Source: an uncultured Candidatus Binatia bacterium (GTDB lineage Bacteria > Desulfobacterota > Binatia > UBA9968 > CAXXLF01). Taken from it: 64,000 bases of DNA. Below are positions 40,184 through 49,962 of this stretch, piece by piece (positions within the stretch are counted from its first letter, which is position 1; every line of letters begins with the position of its first letter). A program made the position numbers and the translations under genes. The notes beneath the pieces are model-generated. The model saw only the letters and a list, made by a program, of their open reading frames with translations. It did not search any database and was not told the DNA's origin. The stretch spans positions 160,001 through 224,000 of the forward strand of contig OZ244621.1 in NCBI GenBank assembly GCA_965218425.1, in the 5' to 3' direction.

Positions 40184-41353
40184 CTACTTAATCACATCCT
40201 TGGCTATCCCGACGCACTGGACGGCGAGGGGTAGGTTCTTCTCCATAGCTATATCATCGTGGTAGCGGACGTTTGGGTTAGGTCGAGGATCACGACCTAC
40301 TGTAACGTCCAGGCGACGGCTGTTCGTGCCTGCGTGAGTGGTCCACGCCGTCTGGCCTTTTTTGGACAAGAGCCAGTTTAAAAAGACTTTCGCTGCGTTC
40401 GGATGAGGCGCCCGATTTATCAAAACCGTTCCGCCTGAGAATTGGGCGAGGTACACCCCCTCCTCGGTATCAGGAGAAAGTGGCTTCACATTCAGCCCTA
40501 GTCCTTCAGCCTGGAACAATCCGAGGATTTCTTCTCTTACGCCGCCAGCGATAGGACGGCGACCACTGACCAGCATTTCTATAAGCTGCCGGTGGTCTGT
40601 GCTAATAGCGATGTCTTGTGCAAACAGCTTCCGAATAAAGTCTTCTCCCAAGACTCGTAGTAAATGGCCGCAATAACCGATCCCTACCCCGAACCTGAGT
40701 GGATTATCCCATACGATTTTCCCCTTCCACCGCGGATTGAGGAGATCCTTTATTTGGCTTAGTTGCGACTTGGGTACATAGTCTTGGTTGACCCATACAG
40801 GGAATGCGAGCGATGCCTCGAATGAGTACACTGAGTCCTTCTGTTTATCATAAAAACCTGGATCGATCCCGCCCCGCCACATACTATCGTCTATCACATC
40901 GGGCAAAATTAGGGCGGGCTTGATCTTTTTGAGTACACCCTTAGGCTTCAAGTGTCTTGCCGGGGTGCCAGAACCCCCGATATGAATGTCCCAGAGGTAC
41001 TTCCCTGCCCCCCTCTCAGATAAGATTCTCGGCGCGAAGTTCCGGCCACTCATACCGGTTAACTTTAATTTGATATCTGGGTATGCCTTTTGAAACTCCT
41101 TCAAGGCTTTCCGGAGAGGGTCGCCAGGAGGTCCGTTTGCTACCAACACGCCTTCTCGCTTCGCAGCGGCAAGCGTAGTCTCCCACTTCACCCGCCATGC
41201 CGGCTTGAGGGTTGGGGTCGGACTGGGAGCCGCTAATACTATGAGTCTGGACGTCACCATAGGGAGTGTGGGAGTCAGCAACATTGTAGCGCATATGAAC
41301 AGTACGAGAGGAACCAATATTCGGTTCCTTTCCCTTAATTTGCATTCTGCCAT
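40184..41353 (-). CDS. ABC transporter extracellular solute-binding protein
   Basis: AAKREG, LLNPRWKGKI, APHPNAAKVFLNWLLSKKGQ. Confidence 0.87.
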   Translation of the reverse strand: MAECKLRERNRILVPLVLFICATMLLTPTLPMVTSRLIVLAAPSPTPTLKPAWRVKWETTLAAAKREGVLVANGPPGDPLRKALKEFQKAYPDIKLKLTGMSGRNFAPRILSERGAGKYLWDIHIGGSGTPARHLKPKGVLKKIKPALILPDVIDDSMWRGGIDPGFYDKQKDSVYSFEASLAFPVWVNQDYVPKSQLSQIKDLLNPRWKGKIVWDNPLRFGVGIGYCGHLLRVLGEDFIRKLFAQDIAISTDHRQLIEMLVSGRRPIAGGVREEILGLFQAEGLGLNVKPLSPDTEEGVYLAQFSGGTVLINRAPHPNAAKVFLNWLLSKKGQTAWTTHAGTNSRRLDVTVGRDPRPNPNVRYHDDIAMEKNLPLAVQCVGIAKDVIK

Positions 41354-41429
41354 CTAAATCTCCTTTGGAAAACGTTTATCGCGGGTCAAATAGTGAAAAT
41401 TCCCCCTACAACTCTATTGATATGCGGAA

Positions 41430-42722
41430 TTACTCTCCTCGCAGCATTAGGCGTTTATATTCCCGATGCTGTCCTCGATGGCCGACTTCATCGGAGGCTA
41501 ATCCTCGTATCTCGCCATTGGGTTCCACCCGTTCCCGATGCATGCCGCGGCTAAAAAGCACCCACTCCATACTCTCTGCGGCGAGCCCGTCTTGGATACA
41601 CTCATACGCCTCAGTATCATCGTTTTGAACCGGATGCACCGCATTAGGGCCTGATCTCCGAACGAACCAATCATTTAGGGCGTCCGGCGCGCCCTTCAGT
41701 CTATACGGATAGTAGAACACCTCCGTGTAATCCACTTTTATGGGCCGGATGACGTGAAACCCCTGTGCATCTGAGCGGAAAAGTAGATTCGGGTACATTA
41801 TAATATTCATGTTGCTTTTTGTGAGAACCCTCTCCGCTTCCACAGCGCCAAGACGCTTCTGAAGAGCCGCTAAGTGTGCAGGGTCAATTTGTCCAGTTCC
41901 TCCGCGGCCAACCGCCTCCATGGATCCACCCACAATGTTTGGCCCGTCCTTGGCAGCCGAGTAATCGATCATGCAGTGGCCGTGTCCTAAGTCGACATTT
42001 TCGGCGCGCGCGTCTCCGCGAACTAGTTTTTTACCCGTCCGGGACCTGATTTGTTGATACATGGCCTCATGAGTATATGCTGCATGATAGCCGTCGCACC
42101 AGTTTTCTAGATGCAACTTCCAATTACCGCGGTACGCGAACTTTTGAATACCCTTGTCAACTTCGATTTCGCCCTCAGGAGCACGATTAAGAATTAAATC
42201 AAGATAGGGTTTGGCCCTTCCAAGGTGTGTCTCCAATGGCTCGATGTCTGAACTGAGACACCCGAAAACAAAGCCACGGTACGACTCCACGCGTGGGACG
42301 CGACCAAGCCCTAGTTCGTCGGCATTAAAGTCGGGGCCATATGCGTCGCGAGACGGGACAGTGATCAGTCGACCGCTATTGCTGTACGTCCAACCATGGT
42401 AGAGACATTTTAATCGATCGGACGTGCCCCGCTCTTCACGACAGACGATTGCACCTCGATGTGCACAACGGTTAAACAGCACAAAGACTTGTCCGCCGGT
42501 GTCGCGCGTCATAATGACAGGTTGCCGACCAATGTATGTGGTCACGAAATCCCCGGAATTGGCTATCTGGCTCTCATGGCCTACAAATACCCAGGTCCTT
42601 CCGAAAATTTCCTTGATTTCCAGATCGAAAACCTTCGGATCCACGTAAACCAAGCGATGAACACGGTCTTCCAGAACAAGATCACCGATACTGTCTGTCA
42701 TTGTGTTGAACGATGTATACAT
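41430..42722 (-). CDS. Rieske non-heme iron ring-hydroxylating oxygenase alpha subunit
   Basis: Rieske CAHRG...CLYHG; mononuclear Fe site DGYHAAYTH and DDTE. Confidence 0.93.
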   Translation of the reverse strand: MYTSFNTMTDSIGDLVLEDRVHRLVYVDPKVFDLEIKEIFGRTWVFVGHESQIANSGDFVTTYIGRQPVIMTRDTGGQVFVLFNRCAHRGAIVCREERGTSDRLKCLYHGWTYSNSGRLITVPSRDAYGPDFNADELGLGRVPRVESYRGFVFGCLSSDIEPLETHLGRAKPYLDLILNRAPEGEIEVDKGIQKFAYRGNWKLHLENWCDGYHAAYTHEAMYQQIRSRTGKKLVRGDARAENVDLGHGHCMIDYSAAKDGPNIVGGSMEAVGRGGTGQIDPAHLAALQKRLGAVEAERVLTKSNMNIIMYPNLLFRSDAQGFHVIRPIKVDYTEVFYYPYRLKGAPDALNDWFVRRSGPNAVHPVQNDDTEAYECIQDGLAAESMEWVLFSRGMHRERVEPNGEIRGLASDEVGHRGQHREYKRLMLRGE

Positions 42723-42755
42723 GACAAGCCCTTGCCTATAGCAGACAATTATTAT

Positions 42756-43178
42756 CTAATCGCCCAGCATAGCTACAGCCTCTACTCCGATCAAGAACTC
42801 AGGATGCGCTAGCTCTTGCACAATCACCTGCGTACTGATCGGACGGTATTTTGGGAAGAATTCTACTCGCACACGTCGCTTTGCCGGTGCGCAGTCCCGA
42901 CTTGTAAGGTAGGTAACGATCTTGACAATGTCGCTGAGGCCACCCCCGGCACCACGAATTGCCGTCTCTAGGTTTGCATGTGCCTGGCGGGCCTCAGCCT
43001 CAGGATCGTTTTTTCCGACAACATTGGAATACCGGTCTATAGCCGCTTGCCCCGCGATCCATACTATACGCCCCGCATTGATCACCTGGGTGTAACCTCG
43101 CGGCAATGTCAATTCCTCAGGACAAATGTACTCCTGACCCAGCACATGCCCTCCTACCGATTGATAGTGATATCGCAC
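42756..43178 (-). CDS. RidA/YjgF family protein
   Basis: IAGQ, ANLETAIRGAGGGLSDIVK, PIST...LAHPEFLIGVEAVA. Confidence 0.85.
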   Translation of the reverse strand: MRYHYQSVGGHVLGQEYICPEELTLPRGYTQVINAGRIVWIAGQAAIDRYSNVVGKNDPEAEARQAHANLETAIRGAGGGLSDIVKIVTYLTSRDCAPAKRRVRVEFFPKYRPISTQVIVQELAHPEFLIGVEAVAMLGD

Positions 43179-43560
43179 TTCGAAGAGGCCGCCAGTATAT
43201 ATAACGTCCGATTAACACTGTCAACAGGTGATTTAACCCCTATGCTGTCTGGCTCTGAGTTCATAAAACACTCTAGCACCGAGGTCAGAGCACTTTACAA
43301 GATCCACTAGAATATGTCTCCTAAGACCCCGCGGACGAATGACTAAATTGAGCGATTCAATCGACCGCTCAGGATGAATCCAATGACTATCACGAGGATC
43401 TACTGCGAGATCCACTCGCTTTTATTCGACCGTTGATCCGATGGTTGCTATGATGCAATGGTGACGGCGCTTACCGGGCGATGGAGCTGAAGTCATCGTT
43501 TCAGTTTTAACCAAGAAATGCCCCGAAGAGTGCAAAATACGATGGCCCAATACTAATGAC

Positions 43561-43589
43561 TTGACAGGACCTTTTGATTAGTCTTTAAT
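43561..43589 (+). promoter_or_regulatory. Sigma70-type promoter for the ligB-like/hydrolase pair
   Basis: TTGACA-17 bp-TTTAAT. Confidence 0.55.
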
Positions 43590-43714
43590 CCGCGCGGAAT
43601 ACGGAATTATGGCACCCGAATATCATTCATCTACCAAAACAGAGGTCAAGAGAACTTTAGAAGAGGGCTTGGAAGGTCTCTACTAAAACAGGGACCCTGC
43701 GACGGGGCACAGCC

Positions 43715-44650
43715 ATGGGCAAGCTGGTCTGCGCACTAACGACATCTCATAACCCATCGTTGATGGTTCCGGCGGAACGTTGGGAGCCTATCTATCAACG
43801 TTTGGCTTCCCGGCGTCTGCCTGACATCCAGACTCCGCCCGCTGAAACCCTGGAAATCAATATCGATCAATATGAGCGGTGCGTGGCCGCCCTGGAGGTT
43901 CTGAAAAGAGTATTGGCCGCTAGTCGTCCCGACGTGGTGGTGATCTTTGGCGACGACCAGAGCGAAAACTTTCACACCGATAACATGCCGCAGTTTTGTG
44001 TTTTCATGGCACAAGAGCTATTCGGCTATCCCTTTAAGGTCCTGATGAATTACCTGGGAGAGCCTCCGGGTGAACGCATGCCTATCCGTGGTCACCCTCA
44101 GTTTGCCGCGAGGGTGCTCGAGTATGGGGCGGAACTCGGCTTCGACCTCTCGTACTCGAAACACATGCCAGACAACGAATGGGGGTTACCGCATTCGCAT
44201 ATCCGTGTTCTTTATCATGTTTTGCCGTCTCCTGAGGTACCAGTCGTACCGGTGCACGTAAACGCTTATCACCCGCCTTGTCCGACACCCGCCCGATGCT
44301 ACCAGTTGGGAAAGGCATTGAGACGGATAGTAACAGAACATACGCCTGAGGATTTCCGAGTAGCGGTTATCGGTTCAGGAGGCTTATCCCACGACCCATT
44401 TGGACCCAAAGCTGGACTAATCAATGAGCCACATGACCGGTGGGTACTCGATTGCTTCAGCAAAGGTGAGGCGGATAAGTTGGCGCGACTGAGCAGCCAG
44501 AACCTCGTTGAGGCACTTGATGTGGAGCTGCGAAATTGGATTGTAGTGGCCGGTGGGGTAGGCGCCACCTCCCCGATATTTACGGAGTATGTCCCCGCTT
44601 ACCGAACGGTAGTGGGAATGGGCTTTGCGGCATGGAAGCTGGACTCGTAA
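43715..44650 (+). CDS. Class III extradiol ring-cleavage dioxygenase (LigB/MhpB-like)
   Basis: TSHNP, GDDQSENF, PH, GSGGLSH, ELRNW. Confidence 0.87.
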   Translation: MGKLVCALTTSHNPSLMVPAERWEPIYQRLASRRLPDIQTPPAETLEINIDQYERCVAALEVLKRVLAASRPDVVVIFGDDQSENFHTDNMPQFCVFMAQELFGYPFKVLMNYLGEPPGERMPIRGHPQFAARVLEYGAELGFDLSYSKHMPDNEWGLPHSHIRVLYHVLPSPEVPVVPVHVNAYHPPCPTPARCYQLGKALRRIVTEHTPEDFRVAVIGSGGLSHDPFGPKAGLINEPHDRWVLDCFSKGEADKLARLSSQNLVEALDVELRNWIVVAGGVGATSPIFTEYVPAYRTVVGMGFAAWKLDS

Positions 44651-44695
44651 AAATAAAATGGTAGAGATTCCTTTGAACTATGGAGGACTGGTTTT

Positions 44696-45568
44696 ATGTT
44701 TGCTAAGGAATTAGAAGCTATTGCACCCTTGGAGAAGTACTATATGGCGGGGGGTATTCGTACCCGCTGCTTTGAGAAAGGGGAAGGCAGTCCCCTCATT
44801 CTTATCCACGGAGGGGGCGGGCATGCGGAAACTTGGGTACGAAATATTATCCCTCTCTCCCAGCATTTCCGTGTCCTCGCTATTGATTATTTAGGACATG
44901 GCTATACGGACAAACCAAAGGTAACCTATGATTTGGAAACATTCTCCAAACATTTGCTCGATTTCATGGATGCAGCGGGAGTTGATAAGGCACACCTCGT
45001 AGGAGAATCCCAGGGAGGACAGATAAGCGTCTTTACAGCCTATGAACATCCCGAGAGAGTAGACAAACTCGGACTCATCGTTGGCGGGATCCCATCGATT
45101 GAGCACGGTTATACTGGAGGAACCACCCAGTTGAAGGATTTAAGCAGAGAGGCTACGGAGAACCCATCCATGGAAAGCATCCGTAAGAGGATGGAATGGC
45201 TTTTTCATGACCCTAAGATGCTACCGGAAGAATTGGTAGAGATAAGACTCAGGATTTACAATCAACCCGAGTTCCGTGAACGGGTCCCCCAGGCAACCAT
45301 GAGGAAAATCTATAATCTGATTGACAAAATACCAAAAATTAAGGCCCCTATCCTCTTTTACTGGACAACGCACAATCCCACCTGTCCATGGCATGTTGCA
45401 GAAAAGGTTCACCTCGCCGTTCCCAGTTCAAGATTTGTTTTAGTCGACAAATCGTCCCACTGGCCACAATTTGAACGTCCTGAGGAATTCAACAGAACCC
45501 TTATTGAGTTTTTTCTAGAAGAGCCTGATGAGGTGCTTATAGATACTTACCGTAGGCGCTTTTGGTAA
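44696..45568 (+). CDS. Alpha/beta hydrolase, meta-cleavage product hydrolase-like
   Basis: HGGGG oxyanion motif, GESQGG nucleophile elbow, HWPQFE. Confidence 0.85.
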   Translation: MFAKELEAIAPLEKYYMAGGIRTRCFEKGEGSPLILIHGGGGHAETWVRNIIPLSQHFRVLAIDYLGHGYTDKPKVTYDLETFSKHLLDFMDAAGVDKAHLVGESQGGQISVFTAYEHPERVDKLGLIVGGIPSIEHGYTGGTTQLKDLSREATENPSMESIRKRMEWLFHDPKMLPEELVEIRLRIYNQPEFRERVPQATMRKIYNLIDKIPKIKAPILFYWTTHNPTCPWHVAEKVHLAVPSSRFVLVDKSSHWPQFERPEEFNRTLIEFFLEEPDEVLIDTYRRRFW

Positions 45569-45648
45569 ATGTGGATGCTTTAATTTCCAAAAACGAAAGT
45601 CACCAGCAGCCTGCTGCTTTGTCCCGGTACCTGATCCTCGCTGGGTCA

Positions 45649-45909
45649 GGGGTCAGGTAACATGAAAAAGGGGTCAAGCTCCAGCAGGATGGCGGTTGTA
45701 ACGGCCGTCAAACCTGAAAAGAGAAGACCCCATGCTTTACGTCGGAATAGACTGTCACAAACGATACGCCCTGGTAAATGCCGTTGACGAGAAAGGGAGA
45801 ACCCGGGCTCACACTCGACTTTCCAACGACGTTAGTACGGTGGAGGACTTTTTTCGCTCCCTGAACGAGCCATGCAAAGCGGTGTTGGAGGCCGGTTGGA
45901 ACTGGGGCG
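45649..45909 (+). mobile_element. 5' part of a parental IS110 family element (truncated transposase)
   Basis: Same left end as the short elements; MLYVGIDCHKRY...KAVLEAGWNWG is the start of the DEDD domain. Confidence 0.85.
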
Positions 45910-45949
45910 TGAGCGCGCAGGCCAAGCAGGCAACAAAGATATAGTAAAG

Positions 45950-46140
45950 ACGTCTCGCGCCAAGCTCGGAGAAAAGAGAATTAGACGCAGACCCACGCAG
46001 ACAAAGACAGACGGAATTCACCGCAGAGACGCAGAGGGCGCAGAGAACTAATTTTTAGTTTGTCGGGAGACGATGACAAACAAAAAATTGTCAGCTGGGG
46101 ACAATTATCGGATTACTTCACGCCAAGACGCAACAAACAG
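45950..46140. repeat. Dispersed repeat with 9-mer tract and hairpins (second copy at about 57165-57370)
   Basis: CACCGCAGAGACGCAGAG...TTTGTCGGGAGACGATGACAAAC...GGACAATTATCGGAT. Confidence 0.65.
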
Positions 46141-46200
46141 ACAGAGATAGGGACAGAATAAGAAAAGGAAAAAATTTAAGCGTAGATTTACGGGCACGGT

Positions 46201-47316
46201 TCATCCGCCGCCCTGATCCATGGGCTCCAACCTGAGGGAAACTCCGTTCTTCCCCAACTCCTGGTAATACTCCTCTCGGATCTTGGGATCCTCCTTGTCG
46301 TATCGAATTTTATACGAATAGGCGAGCGGGTCATCACTCCGCGCCGCCCCGACGGGATCGTACTCTCCCTTGGAATTCGTGCTCGCCGGCTTTCGAACCC
46401 ATCCCCTGAATGCAAGCTGTCTTAACGGGCCTTTAGCCGTGTTGAAGTGTTGGTGAAACTCATTGAGACAGGGAGCTACGACGCCATAGGGTTTTAAAGG
46501 GAACTTTTGGCGTTTCTCCGGATTCAGCTCGTCGCCCTGCTGGAACATAAGTTCATATCCTCCCCCGCCAACAACCACCACGTGAGCCCCGGCGCCGTGC
46601 CTGTGTGCGGTTACATAGGTCCCTTCGGAAACCTCCAGCAGGTGTAGCTGAGAAAGGGAATTGCCCATGTAGAGACGCGTGATGGAGGTTCGAGTCCCTC
46701 TCTCTTCCCATGAGTCTAACTTGAACTTTCTTATGTCGGGAATAAAATTGGTCGCAAAAAGGCGAAGGTTCCAGTGCTTTCCCTCATCCGCATAGAAATT
46801 CTCCATGGAATGGGAGTACCGGTCCTTGAAAATGAAGGGGTTGTCAAATACGAATTCCGGATTGTGGTACAGGTTAATGACCTGGGCCATATTGGTTCCG
46901 AACAGGATCTTACATGGCTCGTCACCGGAGCTGTTGAACTCCTGATGCCATGCGTTCAATGGAATCGCCAGCAGTGCCCCCTCTTCCCATTCCACGGTCT
47001 TTTGGGGCTCACCTTCCTGCCAGATGGTGGTGGCGCCCCTTCCTTTCATCACGTACATAATCGACTCGTACATATGGTGCTCGGGCTTGAGTTCGCCCTT
47101 GGGGGGGATTTCCACGATCTGAAGATTCACGTCTTCCTGATCGGCCATGCGGGTATAAGCGGCCTTTCCGCCCCTTCTCTCCCAATCTTTGAGTGGCAAG
47201 GCGGCGAGGTCCTTGAGAATGCTGCCCTCGTATAGAGGCACGCCCTCTCTCTCTACAAACTTCTTGTAGTAGCTTCCGACCCACCATTCCTCAAAAGTAG
47301 TTGGCGCTTGAGACAT
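46201..47316 (-). CDS. Bicupin protein (gentisate 1,2-dioxygenase-like)
   Basis: Two cupin motifs: HHMYE...PLNAWHQEFN and AHRH...FHQHFN. Confidence 0.8.
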   Translation of the reverse strand: MSQAPTTFEEWWVGSYYKKFVEREGVPLYEGSILKDLAALPLKDWERRGGKAAYTRMADQEDVNLQIVEIPPKGELKPEHHMYESIMYVMKGRGATTIWQEGEPQKTVEWEEGALLAIPLNAWHQEFNSSGDEPCKILFGTNMAQVINLYHNPEFVFDNPFIFKDRYSHSMENFYADEGKHWNLRLFATNFIPDIRKFKLDSWEERGTRTSITRLYMGNSLSQLHLLEVSEGTYVTAHRHGAGAHVVVVGGGGYELMFQQGDELNPEKRQKFPLKPYGVVAPCLNEFHQHFNTAKGPLRQLAFRGWVRKPASTNSKGEYDPVGAARSDDPLAYSYKIRYDKEDPKIREEYYQELGKNGVSLRLEPMDQGGG

Positions 47317-47503
47317 GAATTCCTTACCCTGTATATGAAAAGTTAAGCTGGTTCGACACTGCTTAAAAAAAAGAGCGCTGATGACTCAGACCGTTGGAAT
47401 CAGTACAAGCGCTTCGGGCTTGTTTATTTGATTCCCCGATTCTTGTCAACTCGATGGCTGACGGCTGGGGTCTTTAATTCCTATTGTCAAATTGAACGGG
47501 TCC

Positions 47504-47776
47504 GGAGTCGGGCACGCCTTTTTGCTATTCTGGGCTTCCTTCCCTTTCGGGTTCCAGCCTGTATTGCGCCGATTCTCTTTTGGAACCGCCTGTCCGTTTG
47601 GTCTCGGTCCACCAAAACATGGATGCGGTTCTTTCCCGTCGATTGCATTTACCTGGGCGGATCGTTTGTGATGGTCTATCCCGACGTAAAGCATGGGGTC
47701 TTCTCCTTTCAGGTTTGACGGCCGTTACAACCGCCATCCTACTGGAGCTTGACCCCTTTTTCATGTTACCCGACCC
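47504..47776 (-). mobile_element. IS110-derived non-autonomous element, copy G (complete)
   Basis: Both ends present; MLYVGIDHHKR and KNRIHVLVDR fragments. Confidence 0.82.
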
Positions 47777-47875
47777 TGATCCGATGCCGCAGAGAACAGC
47801 CCCACCAACTTGGTGACCCCAATAGGGGATATCGCCAGTACATTGCAGCCCGCATGCCTCCTGTGGCAATCGGCC

Positions 47876-48265
47876 CTAGCCGCCATCCATGATCTTCCTG
47901 ACCTTGAGCCAGTCGTGGTCGTACGTCACCCGCTGTTCGTAGATGTACGCCCTTGCGGCCTTCACGAATTCGTCGCGACGGTTCCGAAGCTGGTCCGCTG
48001 GCAACCCGGGCGCCGGGTCCCAATCGCGCTTGACGCTGTTGCACAGTCGGCAACTCAAGATCCAGTTGTCGGGACAGTCTACCAATTGGGGATGCTGCGC
48101 CCTTGGCAGCAGATGGTCCATTTCGCCGACCGCGTATCCCAAGCGGTCGTGCAGCAGGTCAGGTCCACAGTATTCGCAACGCCCGCCCGCTCTCACGAAC
48201 GCAGTGGCGGTGTGTTTATGCCACCCGCATTGCACCAAGCTTCCGATTTTCTCGTCGTCCGTCAT
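47876..48265 (-). CDS. HNH endonuclease
   Basis: CEYC...DHLLP...N...CRLCN zinc-HNH pattern; GAGGGG RBS; ATG at 48265. Confidence 0.85.
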   Translation of the reverse strand: MTDDEKIGSLVQCGWHKHTATAFVRAGGRCEYCGPDLLHDRLGYAVGEMDHLLPRAQHPQLVDCPDNWILSCRLCNSVKRDWDPAPGLPADQLRNRRDEFVKAARAYIYEQRVTYDHDWLKVRKIMDGG

Positions 48266-48289
48266 TCGTAGCCCCCTCACGTCCGTCCA

Positions 48290-48399
48290 GTTTCAATCCT
48301 CACCGGCCCGTTAAGGCCGGTGCTACCCGGAGACTTACACTCCGAACAAATAGGGCAGGAAGGTTTCAATCCTCACCGGCCCGTTAAGGTCGGTGCTAT
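48290..48399 (-). CRISPR. Type I-C mini-array, 2 repeats and 1 spacer
   Basis: 37-bp repeat GTAGCACCGGCCTTAACGGGCCGGTGAGGATTGAAAC (48290-48326); second copy with 2 mismatches (48363-48399); 36-bp spacer. Confidence 0.9.
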
Positions 48400-48696
48400 T
48401 CGGCGCTGGTAGGGCGTGTGGCCGTGAAACTCAACGACATCGGCCCGCCCGATCAACCCCAACTTGTGAGACCACAGAGACAGCGCCCGCTCTACGCGAA
48501 CGCCCGCCTCAACCGTATGCTCGGGTTCGTCCACCTGTCGATGAACAGCTCGGTCCCGCAGAGTGTACAGGTTCTCATCATACGTCTGTTCCATGTGGAT
48601 CAAGGCGCACTGGCGTGGACAATAGCTGTAGTGCTCCAGAGCGGAGATCATGATGAGGTCGTCATCCGACCAATCTGTTAGTGCTGCGTTACCCAT
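48373..48696 (-). pseudogene. cas4: cas4, 3'-truncated and fused to the CRISPR repeat
   Basis: ISALEHYSYCPRQCALIH, GRADVVEF; ends before the EYK motif and the C-terminal Cys cluster, with the stop inside the repeat. Confidence 0.88.
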
Positions 48697-48700
48697 ACGT

Positions 48701-49585
48701 TCACCCCACCAGTGAGCTTAATGTCACGCCGCTGGGAAAGTCTCCTTTACTTGCCGAGACGCGATAATCATCAAAATCGCGCGGCACGATCACGCCTTCT
48801 TTCAGTTTAGGCTGAATACGTGCGAAAAGGTCATGTGCAGGTGCATTGCCCAGTTGCGAATCATGTTTGAAGACGTACAGACCGCGTGTTGCCATCTCTC
48901 CGCGTGCGGCGGAGCGATCGTGTTCAAACATGTTGGTGAGCGCTTCCCACAGTAGCATGAGATCATCGTCGGAGAAGCCGGTTTGCGCTGCCAGATGCGA
49001 TGACACAAAACCATGCGCTACGTAAAGGCCGTAAGGCACTGTGTGTTTACGACCCATGGTTCGATTATCTCCCTCTTGTTTTTCGGCTTCTGCTTCCGTT
49101 GTCACTGCCATACGGGTGATCGAATGTTCCTGCGCAACGATGGGATCAACCGAACGCGCAAACGTCAGCTGGACCGGTCCTCGTACTTGACCGCAGTTTA
49201 CACTCATTGCCATTACTGCTCCGAAAGACCGGACGTCGTAAAAATTCTTGCACATCCAGGCGCGCGCTTCGTTAACCTTGTCACCGCCTTTACGTTTTTT
49301 ATCGTCGCCCTTGAGCGCGTCACTGGCGCCGATAGCCTTATAGGCGCGTTTGTGCTGATCGTTGAGGATTGCTTTCTCTTTCACGTAAATTTCAAATGGC
49401 GGCTGCTCTGCCTTCACTATGCCAACGTAATTGCGGACCTTGCGTTTCAAACTCACGTCGGTCACGAGCCCGCGCCCGGTCTCGGCATCGACACGGGGAA
49501 GATTACCCGCGTCCGGATCACCATTGGGGTTGCCGTCTTTCACATCGAACAACAAGACGAAGTCGTACCGATTCTCAATTGCCAT
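48701..49585 (-). CDS. cas7c: Type I-C Cas7 (Csd2)
   Basis: [42 protein letters not shown]. Confidence 0.95.
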   Translation of the reverse strand: MAIENRYDFVLLFDVKDGNPNGDPDAGNLPRVDAETGRGLVTDVSLKRKVRNYVGIVKAEQPPFEIYVKEKAILNDQHKRAYKAIGASDALKGDDKKRKGGDKVNEARAWMCKNFYDVRSFGAVMAMSVNCGQVRGPVQLTFARSVDPIVAQEHSITRMAVTTEAEAEKQEGDNRTMGRKHTVPYGLYVAHGFVSSHLAAQTGFSDDDLMLLWEALTNMFEHDRSAARGEMATRGLYVFKHDSQLGNAPAHDLFARIQPKLKEGVIVPRDFDDYRVSASKGDFPSGVTLSSLVG

Positions 49586-49587
49586 GA

Positions 49588-49962
49588 TTATGCTGCTTGC
49601 GATGAGGTTGATTCAATTTTTTGGAAAAAATTTTGCCGCTGGTGATAATAGCCGATGGCGAAGCGGCCCTGGTCTGCTAGATGCAATTGCGCGGGGAAAT
49701 CGCCTAGGCCCTCCATGATCTCACCGATACGCTTTTCGAGATTCACCGCACGGCCGCGATTCTCCAATTTAGAGAGATGATGGTTTTTCAGCTTCAGCAA
49801 GGTCGAAAACACGGTCACCGGCGTACTCGACGCTGCTCCATAGTATCGATCACGTATGGTAGCATTGATGCCGGGGTTGGCCTCCTCCTGGATCTTCTCC
49901 AGCACCGCGAACAATCGGCCTAACCGGTAGCCGACATTCATATTGGCTTCGTTCAGAGACAT
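49588..49962 (-). CDS. cas11: Cas11c small subunit from an internal start in cas8c
   Basis: In-frame AAGGAGGAGTTACCCATG gives a 124-aa product MSLNEAN...; hidden Cas11 is established for type I-C. Confidence 0.75.
   Translation of the reverse strand: MSLNEANMNVGYRLGRLFAVLEKIQEEANPGINATIRDRYYGAASSTPVTVFSTLLKLKNHHLSKLENRGRAVNLEKRIGEIMEGLGDFPAQLHLADQGRFAIGYYHQRQNFFQKIESTSSQAA

Noticed and set aside
48327..48362. Self-targeting by the I-C spacer (short matches such as CCCTATTTG near 34736)
   Set aside because: Matches of 9 nt or fewer are expected by chance; needs a computational search
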